Assembly (NCBI GenBank): GCA_045863295.1
Contig: BTWA01000010.1
Location: 1-64,000 of the forward strand
Direction: 5' to 3'
Source: Candidatus Hydrogenedentota bacterium
GTDB lineage: Bacteria > Hydrogenedentota > Hydrogenedentia > Hydrogenedentales > SLHB01
Length of the DNA stretch: 64,000 nucleotides
In this document: in pieces, positions 1-10,500 of the stretch
Numbering within the stretch: the stretch's first letter is position 1
Layout: the number at the start of each line of letters is the position of its first letter
Notes under the pieces: model-generated
What the model was told of the DNA's origin: nothing
The model's database searches: none
Seen by the model: only the letters and a program-made list of their open reading frames with translations
Translations under genes and position numbers: made by a program

Positions 1-861
1 CTCCAGGCGATCGACCTCGCGTCGAATGGTCTGCAATTGAAGGGTCGTAACCGCTGGGTCCTTTTCCACTGAATCGATGGCGTGACTCGAAAGCAATTTG
101 ATGGCATTCAGCGGATTACGCACATCATGCGCCACGCCTGCGGCCAGTGTACCCAGCGAGGAGAGCCGCTGGGCGCGCCGCAGATTGTTCTCCATCACTT
201 CCTTTTCCTTGAGCGAATGCACCATTCGGTTAAAGGTTGCTTCCAGGGCGTGCACTTCGCCCGCTCCCCGATGTATGTTCACCGGCCGCCATTTTCCTTC
301 CGAGATTTCTGCACAGGTTTCGGACAGTTCGTGGAGCGGCCTCAGCGCGGTCACGATTGCGTGAATCATCATGCCCAGCGTTATCAGAAACGCCAGCGTG
401 AGTCCGATTAGATATTGGTTGCGGAAGGCGCGCAGCACTTGGGTTCTCGCGTCGGGCTCGATCCATACTTCGAATCCAATTGGATTTCCATTGAGAATGA
501 CCGTGCGCCTTGCCACCACCGCCAACTGTCCATCCTGTAGCATGGGCAGTACGCTGTCGGGCATGCCCGGTGTGGGGTTTGGGGTGAGTTTGGCGGCGAC
601 ACCTTCCCGGTCGCTGAACTGTTGCTCGAGATCGCCGACGTCGGTGTTCGGATTTTCACTGAGAAAGACGAGGAGATTTTCGGCCATTCGATCGGCCTGC
701 GCGTTTGATTCTTCGATTACCTGACGGAAGAAATGCGTGGTCAGCGTGAAGACCATACTCATGAGGCACACGACCAGCACAATACACAGAACCATCACGC
801 GGACGATCAGCGAGTTGTACCAGCGGACTTTTGGGGCGCTTTCGTGGTGTGTGCCCTGCAT
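1..861 (-). CDS. Membrane sensor histidine kinase (2 TM, HAMP, HisKA); 3' end runs off the window
   Basis: Not in the ORF track; translated by hand from ATG at 861 after GAAGGGG: MQGTHH... TM LIVRVMVLCIVLVVCL, HAMP-like LRPLHELS...GEVHALEATFNRM, H-box RLSSLGTLAAGVAHDVRNPLNAI. Confidence 0.9.
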   Translation of the reverse strand, partial: MQGTHHESAPKVRWYNSLIVRVMVLCIVLVVCLMSMVFTLTTHFFRQVIEESNAQADRMAENLLVFLSENPNTDVGDLEQQFSDREGVAAKLTPNPTPGMPDSVLPMLQDGQLAVVARRTVILNGNPIGFEVWIEPDARTQVLRAFRNQYLIGLTLAFLITLGMMIHAIVTALRPLHELSETCAEISEGKWRPVNIHRGAGEVHALEATFNRMVHSLKEKEVMENNLRRAQRLSSLGTLAAGVAHDVRNPLNAIKLLSSHAIDSVEKDPAVTTLQLQTIRREVDRLE

Positions 862-872
862 GGCGATCCCCT

Positions 873-1847
873 TCAAAACAGGCTCATCGGATCCGGCGGC
901 ATGGGTTGCGCGGGTACTTGGCGCGGCGATTCCGGTTGTGGGTTGACCTCCCCCCGCAGGACTTTCATGATTTCCTGAATGTCATCCCAGGTTTTTCGTT
1001 TTTCGCCGGGGCTGCGCAATAAATAGGCGGGGTGGTAGGTGACTCGCAGCGGTATGCCGTGATAGAAGTGCCACTTTCCACGCAGTCTTGTCGTGGATTC
1101 GTCGCTTTTCAAGAGTGTTTTTGCGGCATGGGCTCCCAGCGCACAGATGACTTTGGGGCGGACCAAATCCAATTGCCTTACCAGATAGGGTTCGCACACC
1201 TGTTTTTCGTGGGGCAGGGGATCCCGATTGTTGGGTGGGCGGCACTTCAACACGTTGCAGATATAGACATCTTCACGCCGCAGTTGCAGTCCCTTGACGA
1301 TAATATCGGTGAGCAGTTCTCCCGCCTTGCCCACAAACGGTTTTCCTTGCAGGTCTTCATTTTCTCCCGGCGCTTCACCGACGAAGACGAGATCAGCGTG
1401 CGGCGTTCCGTCACTGAACACGGTCTGTGTGCGTGTTTTGCACAGATCGCACTTGGTGCACCCGGCCACCTCTTTTTCCAGTGCAGCCAATGTATCCAAC
1501 TGATCCTGCCCCAATTTGTCGAGCCGTGGCGGCGGCGCAGGCGCCACCGGCGTCTTCTTCAGTTTTGCCGCCGCCGCTTCGTCTGCTTGTGGCGCTTCAG
1601 GAGCGCGAAGCTTTGGAGCCTCGTGGACGAAGCCGGACTCAAACGCCTGCGCTGTTTCGGTTGCAGCCGGAGCAGGCGCCGTAGTGGAGATGCTTGTTCC
1701 TGGGGCGGGGCCGTTCAGCCACGCGGCCACCTCGGGGGATACCAGCGCGTTTGCCCGGCCTGCGTCCGCGTACTTTCGCAGTAGCAGGCGGGTTTCATTT
1801 ACTGCTTGTTGAAAAAGCTCGTTGCGATCCATGGTGGCCGTAATCAT
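873..1847 (-). CDS. udg: Uracil-DNA glycosylase family 4 (Fe-S) with Ala/Pro-rich N-terminal extension
   Basis: CTKCDLC, FVGEAPGENEDLQGKPFVG, NVLKCRPPNNRDP, TYHPAYLLR; start at 1847 (ATGA overlap) or 1832. Confidence 0.92.
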   Translation of the reverse strand: MITATMDRNELFQQAVNETRLLLRKYADAGRANALVSPEVAAWLNGPAPGTSISTTAPAPAATETAQAFESGFVHEAPKLRAPEAPQADEAAAAKLKKTPVAPAPPPRLDKLGQDQLDTLAALEKEVAGCTKCDLCKTRTQTVFSDGTPHADLVFVGEAPGENEDLQGKPFVGKAGELLTDIIVKGLQLRREDVYICNVLKCRPPNNRDPLPHEKQVCEPYLVRQLDLVRPKVICALGAHAAKTLLKSDESTTRLRGKWHFYHGIPLRVTYHPAYLLRSPGEKRKTWDDIQEIMKVLRGEVNPQPESPRQVPAQPMPPDPMSLF

Positions 1848-2953
1848 ACCATCCGGGTAACCGGCTTGCGAACCGCGGCCTCGCACGTGGAGGCGATCAT
1901 ACGCGCGAAATCAACCGGGTTGTGCGAGTTCTCGGCGGTAGCACGCGCGGCTTGGCCCAGGCATTCCCGGCGAGCGCGGCTTTGAGCCAGTTCAATTACG
2001 TGGGTTGCAAACGTATCCGCATCATCATCCGGCGCGAGCAACGCATTTTCGCCGTGAACGAGAGGGTGTGCCGAGCCGTGACAGGCCACGATGGGTCTGC
2101 CCGCCGCCATTGCATTCAGCAATTTGATGGGATAGCCCGACCATGACACGCGTGGGCAGACCACAATGCAGTCGCGGGTCAGAATGGACTTGAGCGAGCC
2201 AAAATCCGGCGTGTGCCGGTATTCCGCCCACGAAGGAGCTTTTGGCGCTCCGGTGGCGAAGACAAAGCGCAACCCCGGAAGCGCTGTTCTTGCCAACCCC
2301 GCCACTTTTTCCAGAAAGGGGAGGTTTTGATACGCATCGAGATTGCCGGTGTAGACCACGAAGGGCTGGTCGTCCGAATAGAGGGCGGGGCCAAAGGCAT
2401 CCAAGGGGGCGGGCGGCGGGGATACGGAAACCATGTCCGGAACGCACCCGCATTTGCACAGATACGCCTTCAAAGGTTCGTGCGGCACGACAACGTGTTG
2501 TGCCTTTTGAGGAAATACGCGATCGAGCATTGTGCCTGCAATTCCGGCCCACGCGTTATTGCCGAAATAGTGGGGCAGTTCATCCGACATTGCGTTGTGT
2601 GCCTGATAGACAATGGGTCGAACTCCGGATGCCCATGCCGTGATCAGCGCTTCATAATTGTGGGCCAGTACGCATTCAATGGAATACGTCTTGACGACCC
2701 GGCGGAGCGTCATGCCGAGCGACACATCGAGCACGGGTTTCAGCAGAGAAGGGCCCGCGTCCGTTTTGCGTGCGAAAAAATCACGGCATCGATGCACATG
2801 CAGATCCGGCGGCGATTCACCGAGGCCGTATCCATACACGACGATATGGACTTCGTGTCCTGCATTCTGCAGTGAGCGAACGGTATCTTGCAGGAACACC
2901 TGCGAGCCCTGGGGCACGGGGAATGGGCACGCACCCAGCACGGCAAGCCTCAT
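1844..2953 (-). CDS. Glycosyltransferase family 4 (GT-B)
   Basis: PFPVPQGSQV N-terminus, YTGNLDAYQ, YPIKLLNAMAAGRPIV, HGENALL. Confidence 0.88.
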   Translation of the reverse strand: MRLAVLGACPFPVPQGSQVFLQDTVRSLQNAGHEVHIVVYGYGLGESPPDLHVHRCRDFFARKTDAGPSLLKPVLDVSLGMTLRRVVKTYSIECVLAHNYEALITAWASGVRPIVYQAHNAMSDELPHYFGNNAWAGIAGTMLDRVFPQKAQHVVVPHEPLKAYLCKCGCVPDMVSVSPPPAPLDAFGPALYSDDQPFVVYTGNLDAYQNLPFLEKVAGLARTALPGLRFVFATGAPKAPSWAEYRHTPDFGSLKSILTRDCIVVCPRVSWSGYPIKLLNAMAAGRPIVACHGSAHPLVHGENALLAPDDDADTFATHVIELAQSRARRECLGQAARATAENSHNPVDFARMIASTCEAAVRKPVTRMV

Positions 2954-3062
2954 GGGATCACTTTCAATGCGTCACCGGCTTGAACTTCCGTCCCGGCCTC
3001 TGTACTCCCGCGAACCGGAGACTTTTCGGCGCTTGTGCCATCGCACGCTGTTGCTGTTTTTT

Positions 3063-4637
3063 TCATTCGAGATATCCGAGATCGCGCAGGCGCTGTTCAA
3101 TCTGCCGTTCCTGATCCGGAGAATAGGCCGCCGGCGCCGCTGCAAATGCACAGTCTTCCGAAGGAGTGTACGCGGCGAAGAGACTTGTGCCGTCCATATC
3201 AGGTCCGGCTATTCCTATTTCCGCGAGCACGCTGGGTGCGATATCTTCGAGCGTGGCATATCCGCACGGCGTTTGTCTGGAGGAAAAGAACACCCCCATG
3301 GGCCTGTGGTTTCCCGTCATGCCGCGCTCTTTGCCGCCGAACAGTTCGCGATTTTCCAAGCGGCGAAACGGTGGGCCTCCCCGCTTTCGCAAGCAGGAAT
3401 GGGAGTACCCGTTTTCCAGAGCGAGTTCCACGATGATGTCGGGCGCTTCCCTGACATACGGGCCGTGATAGATTGCGTCGTTTCGGTAGGCTTTGGCCAC
3501 GGCTTCCCAAGTCATCAAATCTTTGCACAGCGTGTTGCAGAAGTCGTCGTATTCCTCGGGCGGAACGAGGCCGTACGGATCCCGTCCCTGTACGTTTACG
3601 CGTACCGTCGGGAAATAGTTCAGCTCTTCGGACCATGCGGTGGTGCGTGCCCAGTCAATGCCTGCAAATCGCGACCGGCTTTCCGCGAGGGTGGCCACTC
3701 CTTCCATTCGTCTGAACAACGCCCCACGCCATCGCGTGGGAATCGCTCGCAACGCCACCTTTTTCAATACGCTGTCGCGGCCCGGCGCGAAATGCAGGTA
3801 ACCATTTTCTGCGAGCCAATTGTTCATGTGGACGACGCCGGTGCCCGAGCCGCCGAATCCGTGGTCCGAGACGACCATGACCGTCGTGCCGCTGCCTGCC
3901 GAGGCCATTAATCGTCCAACGGCGGTGTCGAGCCGTTCGTAGATGCCTCGAATTGAATGCTCGAATCCGGGCAAGTGCCGGGGCGAATCGGGGTCGTGAA
4001 ACAACCAGAAGTGATGTGCGACCGTATCCGATTCGCCGAAGACCGTCATGAAGAAATCCCACGGCTCCTGTTGGAGCAAGCGGACGAGAATGGCTTCTTT
4101 GTCGTTGATTTTAGCGTGCAATTTTTCCAAGGCCTTCGCGTGCCAGCCGGGCCCGATATGCGATTCCTGGAAGTCCGCGAATCGCCAATGGCGTACTTCG
4201 TCAAACCGGTCCGGCGGGTATACGCATCCGCGATCGACCGAGGTGGCCACCGGTGAATCAAACCCCGATACCATTATTCCGTTGATCGGTTCTGGCGGAT
4301 AGGTGCCCGGAACGCCGATGACAGCGACCCGCTTGCCGGCGGCGGAAAGAATGTTCCACACGGCGGGCGCGCGCCGGTGTGAACTGTTGATAAACTTTAG
4401 CCGGTGCTCGCCACGCACGAGCGTCGTAAAGTCGAAGATACCGTGTTTGCCTGGATTCACACCGGTCACGCATGTGGTCCACGCGGGGAAGGTCACCGGT
4501 GGTTTAACGCTTTCGCAGGGCAGGTAGGATCCTTCCCGCCGGAGCCGGTCGAGGTTTGGAAGCCGTCCGTCTGCCATCCATCGTTCGGCCAACGCGGGAT
4601 CCATGCCGTCCAGTCCAATGAGTACTACGCGCGCCAT
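3063..4637 (-). CDS. Alkaline phosphatase superfamily, type I phosphodiesterase/nucleotide pyrophosphatase-like
   Basis: VVLIGLDG, PPVTFPAWTTCVTGVNPGKHGIFDF, VVSDHGFG, GNHRPMG, C-terminal RLRDLGYLE; start 4637 or 4646. Confidence 0.88.
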   Translation of the reverse strand: MARVVLIGLDGMDPALAERWMADGRLPNLDRLRREGSYLPCESVKPPVTFPAWTTCVTGVNPGKHGIFDFTTLVRGEHRLKFINSSHRRAPAVWNILSAAGKRVAVIGVPGTYPPEPINGIMVSGFDSPVATSVDRGCVYPPDRFDEVRHWRFADFQESHIGPGWHAKALEKLHAKINDKEAILVRLLQQEPWDFFMTVFGESDTVAHHFWLFHDPDSPRHLPGFEHSIRGIYERLDTAVGRLMASAGSGTTVMVVSDHGFGGSGTGVVHMNNWLAENGYLHFAPGRDSVLKKVALRAIPTRWRGALFRRMEGVATLAESRSRFAGIDWARTTAWSEELNYFPTVRVNVQGRDPYGLVPPEEYDDFCNTLCKDLMTWEAVAKAYRNDAIYHGPYVREAPDIIVELALENGYSHSCLRKRGGPPFRRLENRELFGGKERGMTGNHRPMGVFFSSRQTPCGYATLEDIAPSVLAEIGIAGPDMDGTSLFAAYTPSEDCAFAAAPAAYSPDQERQIEQRLRDLGYLE

Positions 4638-4727
4638 AGTCCGCATTGTACGATTGTCCGGCGGGTTGTGCACGTTGGCATGGATGTTGCCTATTCCGTT
4701 CAGCACAACTGAGGGGATATTGCGATC

Positions 4728-5387
4728 ATGGCCAATCCGCTTGTCGAGGGAATTACCCTGTTAAACGCCGCTCGCGGCTTGTTGCACGAAATCAAGGGCA
4801 TTCCAGCGGCCATTCGCGGAGCGTCTGGAAACCAAGGCAACAAAATAGGTTCCAACGATTTTGCCGCAGCGCTCCGCGAAGCTTACGCTGCGGGAGTGGC
4901 CCAATCCAAGCAATCGGCGCCTGCTTCAAACACGTCAGCCCCCCAGTCGAATCCACTTGCGCAGGCCAGCCAGGTGCAGGCAAAGCTTGCCCAGTTTGCT
5001 TCCGAGATAGGAAAACTTTTCAAGCAGGAAGGGGTAGACACCGAAGTTAACGAAGTGGTGTTGCAGATGGACTCGACCGGCAAGGTGGTAGTTGCCAACG
5101 ATCATCCACAGAAGACGCTCATTGAATCCGCGTTTCAGCTCTTCCCTGCCCTGACTCTTGGATTTCGTCAACTGAGTCTAAACGCGGCGGCGACGCAATC
5201 CGCCCAGCAGAATCTTCTTTACCGGCAGGCTTACATGCTGAATCCCGCGTCTGTGCCGGATGGATTTTCAACCATCAATCCGGCCGATTTTGAGATTGTG
5301 GTTGGACCTGACGGGATTCAATGGGGATTTGGCGAGGGGACTTCCACGGAATCGACCGACTCGGGTACCGACAACTCAACTGCTTGA
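4728..5387 (+). CDS. Hypothetical protein
   Basis: 219-aa ORF with GAGGGG RBS and protein-like composition; fills the gap between minus-strand genes; no recognised domain. Confidence 0.7.
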   Translation: MANPLVEGITLLNAARGLLHEIKGIPAAIRGASGNQGNKIGSNDFAAALREAYAAGVAQSKQSAPASNTSAPQSNPLAQASQVQAKLAQFASEIGKLFKQEGVDTEVNEVVLQMDSTGKVVVANDHPQKTLIESAFQLFPALTLGFRQLSLNAAATQSAQQNLLYRQAYMLNPASVPDGFSTINPADFEIVVGPDGIQWGFGEGTSTESTDSGTDNSTA

Positions 5388-6323
5388 GACGGGTTCCGGG
5401 TCGAGGAGTGGCTTGATTTCGTCCAACAGTACTTGCGACAAGCGCCCTTCCGCCTTGAGTGCCGCTGGGCAATTGTGGCGCCCGGTTTTCACGGGAATGA
5501 GTTTTACGCCGGGCTCGTGCTTCAATTTCAATGCCTGCATCTTATCGGGGTAGCAACGTTCCCCATAGATGATGGTGGCGGGCACGCGGGGCGACCGATT
5601 CAGGTACGCCTCGTTTACATTCCAAAGGCGTTCCTGGCCGAGATCGCGATACATTTGATATTCAACCATCAGGCCTGACGCCGCGACCAGCGCGGATTCG
5701 GCGTATTCGCCGGGCGCGGTCACCAATTTTTTCAAATCGAAATAGCAGTGGGATTGAGCGGGCCAACTTGTCCAAGTACCCCATGGAAATGCGGGGCTGA
5801 ACGCGATGATTTTGTCGAATCCGCACAGTGAACCGAAGAAGAATGCAGCGCTTCCCCCGCCGGAGGAGCCCATTGCGACGTTGCGGCTCGCACCAATCCG
5901 ATTCTTAATTTCTTCAATATGCTTCGTGTAAAACTCGAGACCGTCGGGTTTGCCGTAGGGTGAAACGTGATACAGCATACGCCGCATCTCGCGCACGAAG
6001 ACCATGTTGAACGGTTGGTTCAGGCTGGAGAGCTGTTTGCGAAACTCAAACCGGGGCTCGCCGGCGAACAATACATCCATTCCCGCGAACGCAAAGATAG
6101 TCAGGTCGGCGCCACGGTCATCGACGACAAAATAATCGTCCAGGTTTACGGGGGCGTTTTCGCCTTCAAAGAGATGAAACGTTCCTTCTTCCTCCATCTT
6201 CTTGGCAAGCTGGGGGAGGAACATACGGGTAATGCCACGCGCGACCGTTTCCTTCGCGCGGTCTCTCAAACGCCGGTTTCTGACTGGCTGAGCCACCATG
6301 GACGATTCCGTTGCATTGGACAT
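5376..6323 (-). CDS. Putative alpha/beta hydrolase fold protein
   Basis: Nucleophile-elbow-like AMGSSGGG, IIAFSP, late D and GRHN; GGAGG upstream of ATG 6323 (the longer track ORF overlaps the upstream gene). Confidence 0.65.
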   Translation of the reverse strand: MSNATESSMVAQPVRNRRLRDRAKETVARGITRMFLPQLAKKMEEEGTFHLFEGENAPVNLDDYFVVDDRGADLTIFAFAGMDVLFAGEPRFEFRKQLSSLNQPFNMVFVREMRRMLYHVSPYGKPDGLEFYTKHIEEIKNRIGASRNVAMGSSGGGSAAFFFGSLCGFDKIIAFSPAFPWGTWTSWPAQSHCYFDLKKLVTAPGEYAESALVAASGLMVEYQMYRDLGQERLWNVNEAYLNRSPRVPATIIYGERCYPDKMQALKLKHEPGVKLIPVKTGRHNCPAALKAEGRLSQVLLDEIKPLLDPEPVSSS

Positions 6324-6360
6324 AACCTGACCGTAACCTCCGCATGATACCACATCCACG

Positions 6361-7491
6361 CTACTGCGTGGCGAGTACCTCGTTGTACACTTCGAGCACC
6401 TGACCGGCCTGTGCCTCCAGCGAATACCGCGTGGCCGCCGTTTCACGGGCGGCGGCGCCCATGGCCCGGGTCGCGTCCGGCCTGGCATACAGCCTGTCCA
6501 GGGCTTCATACAACCCTTCGGGCGATCCGTCACAGACGAGGCCATTTACGCCGTGGTCCACGATTTCGTCCAGCATTCCGCGATCTGCGACGACCGGGGG
6601 CTTTCCCATGGCCATGGCTTCGCGCACGGCGCGGCAAGTGCCGTCGCTTCCGGGTACCAGGAATACCTTGGTCGAGAAGGCCTTCACCATGCCCACGTAA
6701 AGGTCATCGGCGAAGTAGCCGGGAAAATGGACCCGGTCTTCGAGTCCCAATTCCCGGACAGGCATTTTACCGACCGATTCCAGGTACGTACCCCGTCCCA
6801 CGACCACGGCATGCACGTTTTTACCGGCCTCGACCATGCGCTTGACGACTGCGAAGAAGTCTTCGTAGCGCCGGTGGCGTTGCAGTCTCGCCACAATTCC
6901 TATCACAAACGCGTCTTCGGGGATGCCCAAGTAGTCCCGCGCGTCGAATACATCGCGGCTTGGGTCAAACCGGTGCACGTCGATGGCTCCGTGCACCACT
7001 TTCATGGACCCCAGGGGGAAGCCGTAGGTTTCACGGTCATGGTTGAGGGCGCGCAAGGACGGCTCGATCAGGAAGCGTGTGCGTTTCACCAGGGCCTTCT
7101 GGCGCTTGGGTTGAACCATGCCCAATCCGCCGTAGTTTGTGCGGACAATGGGCAATCCCTTGTGTTTCGCGGGACTCAGGGCAATCCGGTGATCATTGTC
7201 GAGGTGGCAATGAATTATGTCATAGTTATATGTGTCTAGAAACCGCTTCAGGGTGCGCGACTCCATGGCATTTACAAGTGGGTTGAAATGTTTGGGCAAC
7301 CGGAACCGGGTGATCGGTTCGATGCCTAAACTCAGTGCCGCCTCTATCATGGTAGGGGGCGCTCCGGGCGGTCCTTTTGGGCAGGCAAAATCAGCCTCCA
7401 CGCCGGCGCGGCGCAACGAGGCGCAGAGGTTCAGCGCAGGTTCGGCGGGCCCCGTCCATTTGAAGTTACTGAATAGATGTAAGACGCGCAT
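6361..7491 (-). CDS. Glycosyltransferase family 4 (GT-B)
   Basis: MRVLHL, DIIHCH, IGIVARL, EAMAMGKPPV, EIVDHGVNGL. Confidence 0.9.
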   Translation of the reverse strand: MRVLHLFSNFKWTGPAEPALNLCASLRRAGVEADFACPKGPPGAPPTMIEAALSLGIEPITRFRLPKHFNPLVNAMESRTLKRFLDTYNYDIIHCHLDNDHRIALSPAKHKGLPIVRTNYGGLGMVQPKRQKALVKRTRFLIEPSLRALNHDRETYGFPLGSMKVVHGAIDVHRFDPSRDVFDARDYLGIPEDAFVIGIVARLQRHRRYEDFFAVVKRMVEAGKNVHAVVVGRGTYLESVGKMPVRELGLEDRVHFPGYFADDLYVGMVKAFSTKVFLVPGSDGTCRAVREAMAMGKPPVVADRGMLDEIVDHGVNGLVCDGSPEGLYEALDRLYARPDATRAMGAAARETAATRYSLEAQAGQVLEVYNEVLATQ

Positions 7492-7596
7492 GAGTAAAAG
7501 GCTACCTGACCGACGCAAGCCAGCGTAGAGCACGATTCAAGGACCGCCGAGGACTAGAAGGGTATCATTGATTCCCGGCCGAGCGCATCTTCGCGG

Positions 7597-10500
7597 TCAG
7601 GCGGCATCCTCGGTAAATTTCACGCTGACAATGGTTGAAACGCCGCGTTCCTGCTGCGTGACGCCGTACAACACGTCCGCGCGGGCCATCGTTTGTTTGT
7701 TATGCGTAATGACGACAAATTGACTTTTGCCCGTGAACTCATCCAGCAGCTTCAAGAAGCGGCCGATGTTGGCATCGTCCAGCGGGGCATCCACTTCGTC
7801 GAGCACGCAGAACGGGCTGGGCCGCGCCATGAACACGCTGAAGAGCAACGCGATAGCGGTCATGGCACTTTCACCGCCCGACAGCAGCGAGATGCTTTGA
7901 GGCTTCTTGCCCGGAGGGCGGGCCTCAATTTCAATGCCGGTTTCGAGCGGATCGTTTTCATCCAGCAAGTAAATGGTTGCCTGGCCGCCGTTGAAGAGCC
8001 GCCGGAAGTTCTCCCGGAAGTGATCGCCGATGCGCTTGAACGTTTCCAGGAACATTTCGCGGATTCGCTTGTCGCTTCGTTCGATTACAGCCATGAGCGC
8101 GTCACGCGCCTGCGACAAGTCGGCGGCCTGCGTAGTCAGAAACGCGTAGCGTTGTTCCAGTGCCTCGTATTCTTCAATGGCCATCAGGTTGACTTCGCCC
8201 ATGCGGTGCAGTTGCTGGCGCAAGTCCGCAACGCGCTTGTTGCGCGTCTTCTCATCCATGTCATCTCCGCCCGCCAATTCTTCGGTAACCGAGGCAAGGG
8301 CGATCTCGTAGTCCTGGAGAATCCGGGCATTGTGGAATTCGACGCGGTCCTCGTCCTGGCGCAGTTGCAGTTCAAGGCGATGCACGTCGGCTTGCGCCGA
8401 ACGGGACTTGTCGCGCAGTTCGCGCAGCGACTTGTCGATGCGTTCGCCCTCATCGAGCAGCGTCTGCAGTTGGTTTTGTGCCTCAACGGCCTTGAGCGAG
8501 GCTTCTTCCTTTGTCTCGGACAGTGCTTTGGACCGTTCGATGTTGAGGGCAATTTCCTCGCTTAGCTCCGCCTGCTCTTCCTTGAGCATTGCGACAAGGT
8601 CGCGCCGTTGTCCGGCTTCCGATTGCATTTCGGCAAGGCGTTGCGTTTCCCGGGCGCGGTCGCGTTCGGCCTCTTCAAAACGCTGCGCCAACTCAGCCTG
8701 GCTCACGCGCAAATCGGAGACTTCGCTGGTGCATTGTGACATGGCTTGGCGCGCGTGCGCGGCGGCTTCTTGCGCGGCGGCTATTTGGCTTTGCAGCATT
8801 TCGTCGTCGGTCTGCAGCGAGTCGGCTTTGGCGCTTGCATCCTTGCGTTGTTCTTCGAGGCCTCCCCGGCGTGTCATCAGCGCATCGCGCTGCCGGTCCA
8901 GATCCTGGCTTGTCTTCACCAGGCTCTCCATTTCAGCCGAATTTCGCGCGATGGTCATGCCCAGTTCATTGAGCAGCTTTCGCAGATCGCGATCCTGTTG
9001 CTCCAGCACGCGCAGCGTTTCCTGCAATTCGTTAATGGCTTTGGACGTGGCTGTTCGCTTCTGGGCCAGATCCTGCAACTGCGTCTCGAGACCCCGCACT
9101 TTTTCTTCGAGTTCGGTTATCTCGGCAGTGCGGCCCAGCAGGCCCCGGCTTTCGTGCTTCATGCGTCCGCCGGTTACCGCGCCCGACGGAGAGACCACTT
9201 CGCCGTCCAGCGTAACCAACCTTGGATGACGGCGGTGATTGCGCGTGATCCGGATTGCGTCGTCCAGAGTTTCGACGACCAGGGTGCCGTGCAACAGATA
9301 GGTCACGGCATTATGAAGCAGTTTCTCGTACTTGACGAAGTCGATGGCGGGTCCGATTACGCCTTTTTCATTGGGGAATTGGCCGCCTTCGAATTCAGAA
9401 CCGCGAATTGTGTCCAGGGGAAGAAATGTGACGCGTCCCGCGGAGTTTTGTTTTAGGAAATTGATGGCGGTTTTCGCGGCGTCGGCGTGTTCGACAACTA
9501 CGTTGTTTACGTTGCCGCCCAAAGCCGCTTCGATGGCGCGTTCGTAGTCTTTTTCCGGCGAGAGCAGGTCGCCGACGGGTCCGATGATTCCGTCCAATCC
9601 GGCCATTTTTTTCTTGGATGCGAGCATGACCGCGCGCACGCCGGCCGCGAACCCTTCGTAGCTGTCGCGCAATTCACGCAATGAGCGAAGCCGCGCCTCG
9701 AGGCTGCTTTTCTGCTCGCGCGCGCTTTGCCACGATTCGTCCAAAGCCCGCAATGCCTCTTCCTGATCGCTACGATGTTTGGCGGCGTCGCGCCTTTGGC
9801 TTTCGGTTTGGCGCAAGGCGTCTTGCTTTTCCGCCTCACTTCCTCGCAACGAATCCAGCGCGCCCAGCACTTCTTCACGCCGCCCTGCGACCGATTGTTG
9901 CTGGCGGTAGATTTCCTCTAACTGGGAGTCGATATTGGAGATGGTGACGTTGATCGTTTCAAGCGCGGTTTGGGTTTGCGCGCGCGCTTCCACGCGTTCG
10001 GAAGCCCGCTGGCGTAACGCTTCCAGTGTGCGATCGGCGTCTTCCACACGGGCTGCGAGGCCTGCATGGTCGGACAGTTTGGCATCGAGCGATTGCCTGC
10101 ACGATTCGATGTCGTTTTTTACGGCCTCGGCCCTGGCGGTTGCTTGTTCAATCAGATTTCGCAACTCGGCGGCGCGATCCGAAAACGATCCCTGTTCGCG
10201 TTCGGCTTGGTGTTCTTTTTCCTTGGAATGGTCGATTCGTTGGCGCAACAACGCGATTTGGCGTTCGATCTTTTCCATCTCGGAATCGATTTCGTACACG
10301 CCCTGTTGTCTTGCGAGCCGCACCCGTTCGGTTTCCAGGCGGCTCAAATTGATTTCTTCCTGGCGTGCTTCGAGCGAGGATATCTCGGTAGACATCGTCG
10401 TGTAGGAATCGCTTGCAGCCGCGAATTGAACTTTGAGATCGGCGATTTCGGTGCGCAAGCGCGTGTATTCCAGCCATGCCGCGCGAATCTCGAGGACTTT

